The notes beneath the pieces are model-generated. The model was not told the origin of the DNA and ran no database searches. It was given only the letters and a program-made list of their open reading frames with translations. A stretch of 64,000 bases of DNA from a bacterium (GTDB lineage Bacteria; Hinthialibacterota; Hinthialibacteria; Hinthialibacterales; Hinthialibacteraceae). The stretch spans positions 1,664,001-1,728,000 of the forward strand of contig CAXXMV010000002.1 of assembly GCA_963662285.2 (NCBI GenBank), in the 5' to 3' direction. This document shows, in pieces, positions 29,901-41,200 of this stretch; within the stretch, counting starts at the first letter, position 1, and each line of letters opens with the position of its first letter. The position numbers and the translations under genes were made by a program.

Positions 29901-31249
29901 CTGATGATGATAGATTTAAGTTTTATGGAATCGCCTTTGTTTGAATTTACAAAGGGATCGATTCTTAGTCCGGTGATGTTTCCCTGATATCCGGGGGCTT
30001 GGCCGATATCAATGATATGTTTGTTTGAGCCTTTGTCTTTAGGCCATTGGTATGAAATGCTGTTTGATGCGGAAAACTTATTGTCAGCGGAGGTTTTCCA
30101 ATAGATGCGGCCTGTGCTTTGGTTTTTCTCGTCGGCTGCTTTTATTTCAGCATCAATGATCAATTTGTGATTCTTATCGGCTTTCCAAAAGCTGCTTGGG
30201 CCGGTCAACTGCATACCGGCCCCATCGGCGGTGATGTTAAGCTGGTTTTTGATTGGCCATCCCTCATCCTGAGCGTTTTGATATACCCAATGCTGGCGGT
30301 CTTTCTGGAACATATATTCCGGGAGCGTGAGCGATGGTGTGTTTTTATAAATGTGCTTTCTGATATTTTGCAGGGAATCAAGAATCAGAACATAATGATA
30401 ATCATATTGAATGTTATGATCCAGAATATCCTGATGCAGAGGAGCGATGTAGCCGGTGGGAGCGTCTTTCGGGCCGCCCTTGCCTGGTTGGCCGTAGAAG
30501 CCGCCGATAAAGGAATAAACGCCGGGATGCCATACGCCCAGACCCCAGTCGTCATCATTAACCAGCGCCGCCCAGTTCTCGGCTGCGAACCAATGTTCCC
30601 AGCGGATGCCGTTGGTATGATCCTGCTTGGGGATTTCCTTAAGGGCGCCGTCGGTATAGGGTTGGTCTCCGGTGTATGTCATTAACTTATGGTATGGCGC
30701 ATTGGTATAGACCGCTGGAAGTTCCTGAGAACGTCCGGTGTATTGCGTCTTGTCTGAACGCTTATTGTTAATGCGCGAGCGAACCTGGACGGTGCGGCCT
30801 TGCAGAGTATACCAGCATTCAAAGGTGCATTCTCCCGGTTGGTTTTCCAGCGGCCAGTGCATGGGGATGCACTTAAGGTAGATGCTTTTGCCGTCGTTTT
30901 TATGTTCGATCACTTTTGACTGGTTGCCATAGCAGTCGCCTGATTGAATCGGGTTCCATCCCAGGAATTTCCAGTCATCCCTGGGTTGCTTGCCGTTTGG
31001 CTCGAATGGATTGGGGCCGGAGTAGAACGACATTTGCACCTGCCGTCCCCAGTCGTGGCTGTTGATGACATTGATGCCATCACCTGATTCGGCGATATAT
31101 GTTATGGCGCCGCCGATCTGCAGGTTGGCGCCCAGTTTGATTTGACCGTTATCCAGCCAACTCATACCAGTAGTACAGGCATTCGCGTTATGAACGGTGT
31201 GACATAACAACATAACGATGGCTAATTTAATGATGGATTTCATGTGCAT
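29897..31249 (-). CDS. Secreted hypothetical protein, probably carbohydrate-active
   Basis: Signal peptide; NSHDWGRQVQMSFYSGP, QELPAVY; C-terminal ITGLRIDP sandwich; last gene of a glycosidase operon. Confidence 0.65.
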   Translation of the reverse strand: MHMKSIIKLAIVMLLCHTVHNANACTTGMSWLDNGQIKLGANLQIGGAITYIAESGDGINVINSHDWGRQVQMSFYSGPNPFEPNGKQPRDDWKFLGWNPIQSGDCYGNQSKVIEHKNDGKSIYLKCIPMHWPLENQPGECTFECWYTLQGRTVQVRSRINNKRSDKTQYTGRSQELPAVYTNAPYHKLMTYTGDQPYTDGALKEIPKQDHTNGIRWEHWFAAENWAALVNDDDWGLGVWHPGVYSFIGGFYGQPGKGGPKDAPTGYIAPLHQDILDHNIQYDYHYVLILDSLQNIRKHIYKNTPSLTLPEYMFQKDRQHWVYQNAQDEGWPIKNQLNITADGAGMQLTGPSSFWKADKNHKLIIDAEIKAADEKNQSTGRIYWKTSADNKFSASNSISYQWPKDKGSNKHIIDIGQAPGYQGNITGLRIDPFVNSNKGDSIKLKSIIIR

Positions 31250-31250
31250 T

Positions 31251-32351
31251 TCAATTCTCTTTCTTAAGTGTAGATTGTTCTGCGATTGGTTTGCTGGTGA
31301 TCAAGCCGATGCCGCGTCCTTTGTTTCCGACGGCGCAATAGAACATGTAGAATGTCTGGTTGTCTGGATTGAAAACCAGTGAAATTTTATGCGCGTAGGT
31401 TTTATCAAGTCCACCGGGATGGCCGCCGTTCTTATAGAGCGGTTCGGGGCGCACCGTCCAATGGAGTAAATCCTTTGAGAAAGCAGCCATGATATGGGCG
31501 CCGCCATGTCCGACTCCGAAATAGAACATCACCCAGTGATCTTTATCCCAAAATACTTTTGGATCGGAACAGAACCGGTCATCGAATCCACCGGGAGTGT
31601 TGCGAAGGATCGGGTTCTGCTTGAACCTGTTCCAGTTGATCAGGTCAGTTGAAAAGGCCAGACCGCTTTGTTCTATGGAGCCATCAGCTGCGTTATAGAA
31701 ATTGTAGAATTCGCCCTGGTGTTGAACCAGCCAGGGTTGGTAGATGCAATCTTTTTCCCAGGCCTGGCAATCAGGATCAGTCACAGCTAGTATGGTGGAT
31801 TCTTTAGCGCGGCGCCATTGCAGACCGTTATCGCTGAAGGCTGCGCCTTCCGAACCGGGGCGCAGTTCATAACCGCCCTGACGCGGGTAGGCGCCGTATA
31901 GCGTCCAGTATTTATCCTGGAATTTTTTGAGAAGCCGCGGCGCCTTGATATCATAAGATTCATACAAGAAGGCGCCGATTACTCTGCCGCCATGATCGAA
32001 TTGCCCCTGAGGTCCATATCCCATGGCCAGGCGGTGATTATCCCAATGGACAAGATCAGCGCTTTCTGCAACAAAGGACTGATAGCCCTCTTCATCGAAG
32101 CCGATAAAACTCATATACCATTTTTCGTCGCCGGGTATCTGGTAGATGGTTGGACAATCAACCATCTTGATCTTATCAAAGCCTTTGATGCCAGGTTTGG
32201 GCGGGATGACATGATCGGGGTGATAATGCCAGTTGAGGTAAGGCGCCGTCCAACCTTCGATGATGTCTTTTTCAATCTTGGCGCCAGGATCATCCGCCAA
32301 GACTGATATGTTGATCAAGAAAAAAACGGGTAATATTAAATAGCGTCTCAT
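31251..32351 (-). CDS. Five-bladed beta-propeller glycoside hydrolase-like protein (GH32/43/117/130-like fold)
   Basis: Repeated S-x-D-L-x-x-W blades, DCP, YQPW, SDP; signal peptide. Confidence 0.7.
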   Translation of the reverse strand: MRRYLILPVFFLINISVLADDPGAKIEKDIIEGWTAPYLNWHYHPDHVIPPKPGIKGFDKIKMVDCPTIYQIPGDEKWYMSFIGFDEEGYQSFVAESADLVHWDNHRLAMGYGPQGQFDHGGRVIGAFLYESYDIKAPRLLKKFQDKYWTLYGAYPRQGGYELRPGSEGAAFSDNGLQWRRAKESTILAVTDPDCQAWEKDCIYQPWLVQHQGEFYNFYNAADGSIEQSGLAFSTDLINWNRFKQNPILRNTPGGFDDRFCSDPKVFWDKDHWVMFYFGVGHGGAHIMAAFSKDLLHWTVRPEPLYKNGGHPGGLDKTYAHKISLVFNPDNQTFYMFYCAVGNKGRGIGLITSKPIAEQSTLKKEN

Positions 32352-35113
32352 TTAGCCGACCTTTCCCGCGCCGCCCAATCATTGACGCTGCTGATAGGTT
32401 GACGGCGTAAAACATGATAAACCGCATTTTCGGTTAATTTGAATTGGAAATCATTATATTCCGCACGACGTTGCAGGTCTATTGGATCGCCTTTGGGATA
32501 GCCGTTTTCATCCAATGGAATCAATTTATAACCGTCGGGATAATCTTCGCCCAGTGTGATCTCCACATCGATCTTTTCCACGCCGAAGGGGTAGGTTCCC
32601 ATATCTTTAATGGTTCCACTGTTGACGCCGGAGGTTTTGAATCCATAGGGGCGTTCGATGGTCATGGTTTGGATGAGGATGTTATTGGAACTCTTGATGG
32701 GTTGATCGTCGAGTGAAATGAGCAGGACGGAACTGTAGTTATTGTTCATTTTAAGAACAATATGATCTTTGAATGAGTATGCTTTTGCGGCGTCGCTGAA
32801 GCCTGCGGCGCCCTTGCTTTTAGCTGTATCGATCAGGGCGTAACCATTGCCGTAATGCCAGCTCAATTCTCCAGTCTGGCTGAAGGCGATTTTGTTTTGC
32901 CGGTCGATATTCTGAGCGAAATTGGTCTCTACTGAATCTCCGGTGTTTGAGCCGTATGAGCGGATTACTTTACCCACATAGAAAGAGAGTGGATCAATAT
33001 TATTGACATCGCCGGTTGCTGACTGGCCGGGGGGGATGTCTTTGAGGCGTAGATCATCGAGCGCCTGTGCAGCTGAGCCGCCTGATCCCTTCATTTTATA
33101 TAGGTCTTCCAGATCGATGATTTGATGAATCACCGGATCGGCTTCGGTGACATCGCTGCGGCGGTACATCAGGGCGTAAGCCGGGAAATTACCCAGGATA
33201 ACCGGACATGACAGAGCGAACTTTTTCATCGAGGTATCCCAGGAAGCGCCGCCCAAAGCGAAGGTATAAAATCCATCCACCCCTTGCAGCGAACCATAAG
33301 CTGAGGCCAGGAAAGCATAGTCGGCGCGGTATATATTGGGATTAGTCCAACCGATTTCGGAAATAATCTGGGGGAAGCCAGCGGTCTGCATGAATTGCAA
33401 CGGCAATTGCTCCGGGACTTTCAGCGCAGATAGGTTTTCAAAGGTATGCCCTACGGCTACAGAATATGAATGCCGCCCATCAGGACTGGAGTGCGCCCCG
33501 CCGAAATAGCCGTGCGTGTCGATAACATCGCCGGCGGTATATGTATAGCGCTCCAACGCATCAAGCATGTTGGCATCAGTTACATGCCAGTTGCTGGCGC
33601 TGATCAGACTTTTTGATCCCAGTTCATCCTTGAAATAGTTGCGAATGTTGGAATAAAAAGCGCGTTGATGTTCGGTCAGGAAACGAACCTGATCGCCGAT
33701 GCGTTTTACTTTGGCCGGGCTGAAATTTTTCACGGCGTCGCCCGTCATGTTCCAGGCGTCGAATAGATGAGCAACGCCCGCAGCGAAATCGTCGCCGTTA
33801 TCTTTGGCGCCGCCCCAGGCGGTGGAGGCTTTATCCAATGATCCGTAACGATCTACGAGCCATTGGCCGAAGAGTTTTTCCAATCTGTTCCAGTGGATTT
33901 TTGGTATATTGGAAGAACTGAAAGTCCAGAAGAAATAACTGTCCTCGTTGATGATCTCGACAATGGCGGCTGATGGTTCGTCGGCCAGTTTTAATCCGGT
34001 GTAGGGATTGGTGGTGGTCAATAATTGTCTGGCCCACGATTTATAAATCTGCTGCATGCGTTGATCGAAATAGAGCAGGGCGAAAGGCGTTTTATTGGAT
34101 GCGTCGTCATAGCCATCAATGCCGTATTCCGGCTTGATTGTGAACCAGAGCGGGAAATAGAAACTCAGCGTGGTATAGATGCCGTTCTTTTTCAGCGCCG
34201 ATATCAGATAAAAAAGGTCGTCCAGTTTTTTGGAACTGACCTGGTCTACATTAGCCGAATCGAAAAGCGGGCTGTGATAGCGCACCATGTTAACGCCCGA
34301 TTTAGCCAGACGCCGCGCCATGTAATCAATTGAAGAACGGTTTAATCCGGCAATCTCGCTGGATAGATTTACCGCCCAGAATTTGATTGGAGTACTATCG
34401 CCCAGTAAAAAGCGTTCGCCGTCATGTTGAATGAATCCATTTTGACCTGCTACGTCTTCGTTGAGATAGCGTAGATCAAGCAAAGCCTTATCGTTGAATG
34501 CATCCAGTTCCGGTTCCCAGGCGAAGAAGCCTTCATCCGCATCGCCCGAACGTTCATCAGGTTTTAATTTTCCCCGCGGCGCAAATGGTATCTGGGTAAG
34601 CAGGAAGCAATCAAAACAGGCGGTCTCTGATTCTCCCTGCTCTGCCAGCAGACGCAGTTCAAACGTTCTGGTTCCCTCAGCTAATTCGACTGACCCAAGC
34701 GATACCCAATTGGCGCTGAGAAATTGCGCAATTTCCACGCTGTCCGCCAGCGCGACGTCTCTTGAACAAACGCGCCAGGACTGGTCGTCGAAGCGCCATT
34801 CAAATGGCCCGTGCTTCCAGAATTTTCTGGTCCAAAATTCATATTGGCCTGCTTGGGGAACCTCAACCGAATATTTGGCGAATGCCGCCGCGCCGGACCG
34901 GTTTCCATCATTGGCTAACCATGTTCCACCTGAAAGCAGATGTTGCTTTCCTTCCAGCGCCCCGCCATTGAACCACACGCTGGCGGGGAAATTGGTTTCA
35001 ATAGGTTTTTCGCCTTCCCACCAGATATAATTGATCCCGGCATAAGTATATGATGAGCATAAACTAGCCGTAAAAACGCTTACGATTACAATAATTCTTG
35101 GCTTGATTCGCAT
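32348..35113 (-). CDS. Secreted clan GH-A-like glycoside hydrolase
   Basis: FWAVN, GVNMVRYH, EIINED (acid/base), DTHGYF, ISEIGW (nucleophile). Confidence 0.7.
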   Translation of the reverse strand: MRIKPRIIVIVSVFTASLCSSYTYAGINYIWWEGEKPIETNFPASVWFNGGALEGKQHLLSGGTWLANDGNRSGAAAFAKYSVEVPQAGQYEFWTRKFWKHGPFEWRFDDQSWRVCSRDVALADSVEIAQFLSANWVSLGSVELAEGTRTFELRLLAEQGESETACFDCFLLTQIPFAPRGKLKPDERSGDADEGFFAWEPELDAFNDKALLDLRYLNEDVAGQNGFIQHDGERFLLGDSTPIKFWAVNLSSEIAGLNRSSIDYMARRLAKSGVNMVRYHSPLFDSANVDQVSSKKLDDLFYLISALKKNGIYTTLSFYFPLWFTIKPEYGIDGYDDASNKTPFALLYFDQRMQQIYKSWARQLLTTTNPYTGLKLADEPSAAIVEIINEDSYFFWTFSSSNIPKIHWNRLEKLFGQWLVDRYGSLDKASTAWGGAKDNGDDFAAGVAHLFDAWNMTGDAVKNFSPAKVKRIGDQVRFLTEHQRAFYSNIRNYFKDELGSKSLISASNWHVTDANMLDALERYTYTAGDVIDTHGYFGGAHSSPDGRHSYSVAVGHTFENLSALKVPEQLPLQFMQTAGFPQIISEIGWTNPNIYRADYAFLASAYGSLQGVDGFYTFALGGASWDTSMKKFALSCPVILGNFPAYALMYRRSDVTEADPVIHQIIDLEDLYKMKGSGGSAAQALDDLRLKDIPPGQSATGDVNNIDPLSFYVGKVIRSYGSNTGDSVETNFAQNIDRQNKIAFSQTGELSWHYGNGYALIDTAKSKGAAGFSDAAKAYSFKDHIVLKMNNNYSSVLLISLDDQPIKSSNNILIQTMTIERPYGFKTSGVNSGTIKDMGTYPFGVEKIDVEITLGEDYPDGYKLIPLDENGYPKGDPIDLQRRAEYNDFQFKLTENAVYHVLRRQPISSVNDWAARERSAK

Positions 35114-35253
35114 TGTTTGAATTCATTTCTTTAGAAGATTGTTAATGATTTTTGTTTTTTAGCATCTATCCACTTTTTGCATACTCATAATCTATAATCA
35201 ATTACCAAATAATCGGCAAAACTGATATGCGTGCGTATTATATGAGAATCGCT

Positions 35254-38200
35254 CTAATCTTTCAGTGCTCCAGCCAGGCGAAATCCCATGCTGAATTCGG
35301 GCAAATCCCAACTGCGCCGGGCCGAACGGGCGCCGGACGCCTTGGATTTATAACCACCCCCGCGCCCAACCCGCACTATGCCGGAATCGGCGCCCACCGG
35401 ATCAACTTGAGAACTCGACTGATACTCGCCGAACAAATCACCGCACCATTCCCAGGCATTGCCGCTCATGTCATACAATCCCCAAGCATTAGGTTTCTTC
35501 AAACCTACCTGATTAACATTATCCCCGGCGTTTGCGTTATACCATGCATAGTCGTTGATAACTGATTCTGTGAGATCATCGCCCCAATAATAACGCGTCG
35601 AGCTTCCTGCGCGGCAGGCGTATTCCCACTGAGCCTCGGTTGGCAGACTATAGTTCAATACACCATCTATCTCATTAATCCATGAACAAAAATCCCGCGC
35701 TCCATACCAAGTGACATTTACCACCGGCATGTTTTCATAACCAGCATCCACTATCCATTGGTCGCCGTTTAGACTAAAGCGGTTATCTTCGCTATCCTCA
35801 TTCAGATAATCAAATTCTTCTTCACTCTTGGCTCCTTTAACTGTCAAAAAAGCGGCGAACTGAGCATTGGTAATCTCGTATTTACCCAGATAGAAACTCC
35901 GACTGATGGTGACATGGTGCTGTGGTCCTTCATCATCTTCGCGTTGCTCTTCATTATCCGGCGATCCCATCAGGAAAACTCCGGATTGAATTGGAACCAG
36001 TTGCAAAGATTTAGAGCCACCGGGAAGCCCCGCTATATCAATCGTGATTTCAGCATCAGGAAGAGGAGTCGGTTTATCGGGAACATTGGGCGTTGGAGTA
36101 TTCTCTACTTTCAGAGAAAATCCAACCGGACCGGTATCCATTTGAACCACTTCTCCGGTGGTTTTAATCGCCAGAACCCTGAACCAATATGTAGTGTTGG
36201 CCTGAGGACCGTCACGCCAAATATTTGCTGTCGAGAAGGTTCCATTGCCATCAAAACGGTAATAATAAACATCGCTGGCGCCGGTCTGACCAAGAAACGA
36301 ATAGTTCCTGCCATCAGTACTGATATATACATGCGAGTTGCTGATTTGCCCCTGTCCGGGATTCCATTTAATCGCCAATGCCCGTTCCAGGTAGGAGTCA
36401 GTATCCTGACTGCCGCTAAGATTCGTTCCATGATACAAATCATCAAACACCCGCGCCGTTCTTGCCGGTATATCGTCCGGATTGGCGATCCGTTTCAGTT
36501 TTATGGCCGAACCGTCGCTCAGGTTATATCCCATCGGTCCGGGCTGAGTAAGTACAATCAATCCTGTCGAATCATTTTCCCGTTTATAGAGTCCCCAAAC
36601 CCGGAATTGGTATTGGGCGTTAACATTCGCCTGGCGCCATAAGAAAGATCGTGAGGCGCCTTGGCTGGTTTTACCGATAAAGAAATATCCTCCATCGCCT
36701 TGCTTGACATAAACATGCCATTCATAAACCGGTTCAGAGCCGCTGTAATTCCATCTGATGGAAAGAATCCGGTCATCAAGATCGTCGAAATCAGTCTGTC
36801 CGGTCAATGATATCTGACTCAGGTCGTCATCATATACGTTGACCGAATTAGGCGCCACGCCCGGAGTAGGAGTGTAAAACGGCGTATTGGTTGGCGAAGG
36901 CCCCGGTGTAGGAGTATCGTTCGGATCAGGCGTGGATGTCATTGTAAAAGTCGGCGTTATGGTCGGCGTTGAAGTTATTGTTGGCGTAAATGTTATAGTG
37001 GGCGTCGGTGTGGCTGTAGGCGTAGGGGTAAGAGTCGGCGTCGAGGTATATGTCGGCGTTGGAGTGGGAATTGGAGTAATAATTTTTAATTCATAATCCC
37101 GCGATTGATTTATAACAGGAATGCTGGAATCTGTAAAAGATAACTGAAATGAATAACTGCCCGGTTGAATCGGCGTACCGGCTATACTGCTGTTGTTGCC
37201 GATAGAGCCTTCAAACGATATACCCTCAGGCAACGCGCCGCTTGCTATCCGCCAGACATACGGAGCAATACCAACTTCAGTATAAAATGTAACATTATAA
37301 GGAATATCAATAACGCCATCCGGAAGCCTCCTGTCCGGCGGGAAAATATTATCATCAACCATGATGCTGTAAGTTTTTTCAACTGTCTGCGCTGATTCAA
37401 TGCCATCGCTGACCTGCACGGTGAATTCGACTGAAGCGTTTTCTATCGGTCTACCGAATAAGGCGCCGGTATCTTTAGCTAATTGCAGACCGCCGGGTAA
37501 TGCGCCGGATTTTATCTGCCACAAAAACGGCGGCTCGCCCCCGCTAAGGCTGATACGGAAATAATAATCGCTCTCTTTCGCCGCATTGGGAACCGCGTCG
37601 CTCAATATTTTCAGCGTATCAAACACGCGCCAACTAAACCTTTTATCCGCAGTCGCGCCATCCGCATCGTTTACCCGCAACGTAAAATCAAAGTCGCCGT
37701 ATTCTGCGGGAATGCCTCGAATCTCTCCACTGGCTGAGCTTATTTCTGTTCCATCCGGCAGCGTTCCATCAACTAGAGACCAGCTATAAGGCGGTGTTCC
37801 ACCTGATACTGATAAAATAATTGGCGTTAAAGTGACATCCCTCACAACGCCAGCCAACAACGAAGGAGTCAAGATTACCATGTCCGATACAATACGGATA
37901 GTAAGCGATTTCTCAACGCTTTGCTTATCCGGGTAAGCGCTGTCTGTAACTTTTACTGTAAAAGTCTTTAATTGGGATATAGTCGGAATCCCGGAAATCA
38001 CGCCGGTAAGTTTGTTCAATGACAATCCGGCCGGCAACTGCCCGGAAGCGGTAAATGAAAACGGAGGCGCGCCGCTTTCGAATTCGATTACTTCTGAATA
38101 TGCCTCATCGCGACGTCCATCAGGTAAATAATCCGTTGTAATTTCAATAGGTGGATAAATCTCCAGCAGATAATCCTTTATGGCGCTGCGCCCGTCTTGA

Positions 38201-41200
38201 TCTTTTACTGCAAATACCAGCGTCTCAAAGAAATCTTCCGTCGGCGTACCCGACAAAACCCAACTCTGCGAAGCCTCCTGAATCAGATCGACGCCGGGAA
38301 TATCACGTCCTGAGTTATAATCCCATACATAAGGACCATTAGGATTTCCTCCGCTTATGGTAAGTTGCTGCTTGAATCCATGACCTACAACCCCATCGTT
38401 TAATCGGATCATATCGATGGTTATCGGATTAAAAATATCCAGGTCAAATTCTTTTTGATGAGTTTCATTACGGGCGTCAGTCACTTTTACCTTGAATGAG
38501 AAGACGCCCGCCGCCGTTGGCGAACCGCTGATCTTCCCATCCGTTGACATCGTCAATCCCCCGGGTAATGAACTGGATACCACTGCAAAGTTGAATGGAG
38601 CTAATCCACCGAACAACTCAAAACTAAATGGATAGGAAATTCCAACCGTTCCATTCTTCAATCGCTCAGGCGTTATAATCGTTACTGGATTATCCTGATT
38701 AATGATAAATTCCTGTTCAACATAAATGAAATCGCTATCCAAAACGCTGATGTTGAATTTATAAGAGCCTTCAACCGTCGGCGTCCCCGAAATAATCCCA
38801 TTTGCAGATTGCAGGCTCAATCCAGGAGGTAATGTTCCATAGGGAATTGTGAATTTATAAGGCGCGCGACCACCGCCAACCACAATCTGTTGATCATAAT
38901 AACGCCCTGTTTCCGCTCTGGGTAAAGAAGTTGTGAAAATATTGAGAGGATTATCTGAGTTTGGAATCAAATCAATTTCCAACTGCATCGTTTGAAATTG
39001 AACAATATTAACCGTTGTTTGATTTAACATCTGTAATCCGGATTTACTAACCTGGATTTCATAATCACCGTTTGGGATATAGCGAAAACTGCATTGACCT
39101 GCTGAATCGGTTAATCGGGTTAAACCGGCGATGGTTACCGTGGCGCCGGATACCGGCGTTCCTGCCGTCAAATTTTTGACTTCAACTTTCAACGAAGGCC
39201 CAAGCCATCGCAGAATCGATACGTCGTCATGTCCACTTAAGCAATATTGCCCATCCGGTGAAAAAGCGACGCTATAGGTCGGCGCCATGGGCTGATCAAA
39301 TGAGAGAATAGTACTAAGTTCATCTGCATCCCAAAGTATGAGCGAATGGTCATCGCTTCCAGTTAAAACTTGATTTTCATTCGGAGAAAAGGCAGCTGCA
39401 TTGATCGCGCCGCTATGAAAATCATATCTTCCCAGGTTAATCGCCGTTGAACCGCTCCATGTCCATAACTTTGCCGTATTATCCGGTTCTCCTGCCGCCG
39501 TAACGATCATCGAACCGCTTGGAGAGAAATCGACTGCGTTAACCGGACCCCCATGACCCGCAAAAGTAGCAATTTGACTCGACGATGCTTTGTCCCATAA
39601 TATCGCTGTTTTGTCATGGCTGCCCGTCAGTATTTTAGTTTCATCCGGAGAGAAGACCGCCGCAGAAATATTATCGCTATGACCGATATATTTCTTATAG
39701 ACAAACCAGGCTAACTGCTTGTTCCATATTTGAGGATCCCACAGGATTGCTGTGTTATCCTCGCTTCCGGATAGCATCCATTTATCATCCTTGGTCAACA
39801 TCAGGTCGACTACCTGCTCTGTGTGTCCACCTGAAAAAGATTGAAGATAATTACCGGTTTCAGCATTCCATTGCGAGAGTAATCCGCTTGAATCTCCAGT
39901 GAGCAATTGTTGGCCGTCAATCGATAACGCGGCGCCAAGAATTTTGTTCGTGCGTTCGATCTTATAAATCTGTTTGCCCGTATCTAGATTCCAAAGGAAA
40001 AGTGTTTGATCATTTAATCCGCTGGTTATGGCTTTTCTTCCATCCGGCGAAAACTTCACCAAACCGACGGGACCATCATGTCCATTGAAAACATACTTGG
40101 TAGCGAGCGCCAAATCTAAATCGGTAACATAAAAAGTAAATCTCTTGGTGGAACTGCGTCCATCAAAATCAGTTACTTTCAACGTTGCAATGGTCGATAC
40201 TGCTTTGCTTGGAACGCCGGATATCACCCATGCCAGCGAATCGGATTGCCTCACGCTCAATCCAGGCGGCAATTCACCACTCTGCACGCTCCACGAAACC
40301 GATTCAAAATCATTGCCTCCTATATGAGATAAACTTTGGTTGTACGAACTGCCGGTCTTACCATTCTTGAATCGATTATTTGTGATTGAAATCTGATCGA
40401 ATATTGTTATTATAAACTCTTGTTCTTCCGTTGCATCTCGTACATCCCTCACCTGAACGATGAAAGATTTTGAAATGCGCGTAGTAGGCGTTCCACTAAT
40501 GATTCCAGATGCCGAAAGCTTAAGACCATCTGGCAACGCTCCACTTGATACCGAAAACCAATAATCCGGCTTCCCTTCTATCACTGTAATCTTCGACAAA
40601 TAGTATTCACCGACTGTACCATCTGGAAATCGTAAATCATCCGTAAAAACTAATGGATTTACTTGAGTGATGATAAATGATTCCTCTACCGATGAATGAA
40701 AATCAGACGCTTGGATTGTAAAATTATATACGCCGGCCTCGCTTGGAACGCCGGATATTACTCCGCTCGATCCATCGAGAACCATCCCCGCCGGCAACGC
40801 TCCCCCGGATACTGAATATTGATAAGGCGGCTCTCCACCCTTGGCCGAAACCGGCTGACTGTATAACGCGCCGGTCTCAGCATAGAACTGAGTCGCATCG
40901 GCTACTATGCTTAAAACCAACGGCAATTGGATGGAAATCCTCGTCGTGTATTCAGTATCTATGGAGGTGGTTGGTTTTCTTATAAGGTAATATCCCGTCT
41001 TGGTTACATCAATCACATGATCTGTTGCCGATAATACTGCAAATGTACATTGACCATTTTTATTGGTTAATATACTTTCACCTGTATCAATCGATACAGT
41101 GGCGCTTTTGACTGTATCGCCAGTTTCAGCGTCATACACGGTTACAATTAATGAAGGAGTCGCAGACATCGGCGCCACGCTTGCCGGCGCCTGCTTATTG

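Noticed and set aside
35254-35400. Possible diversity-generating retroelement target (FGE-sulfatase C-terminus RGG...GFRL)
   Set aside because: No template repeat copy and no reverse transcriptase seen in the window; a remote DGR cannot be excluded
36860-37080. Pro/Thr-rich stretch as a DNA tandem repeat (also 11880-11980)
   Set aside because: Codons vary; ordinary low-complexity protein linkers
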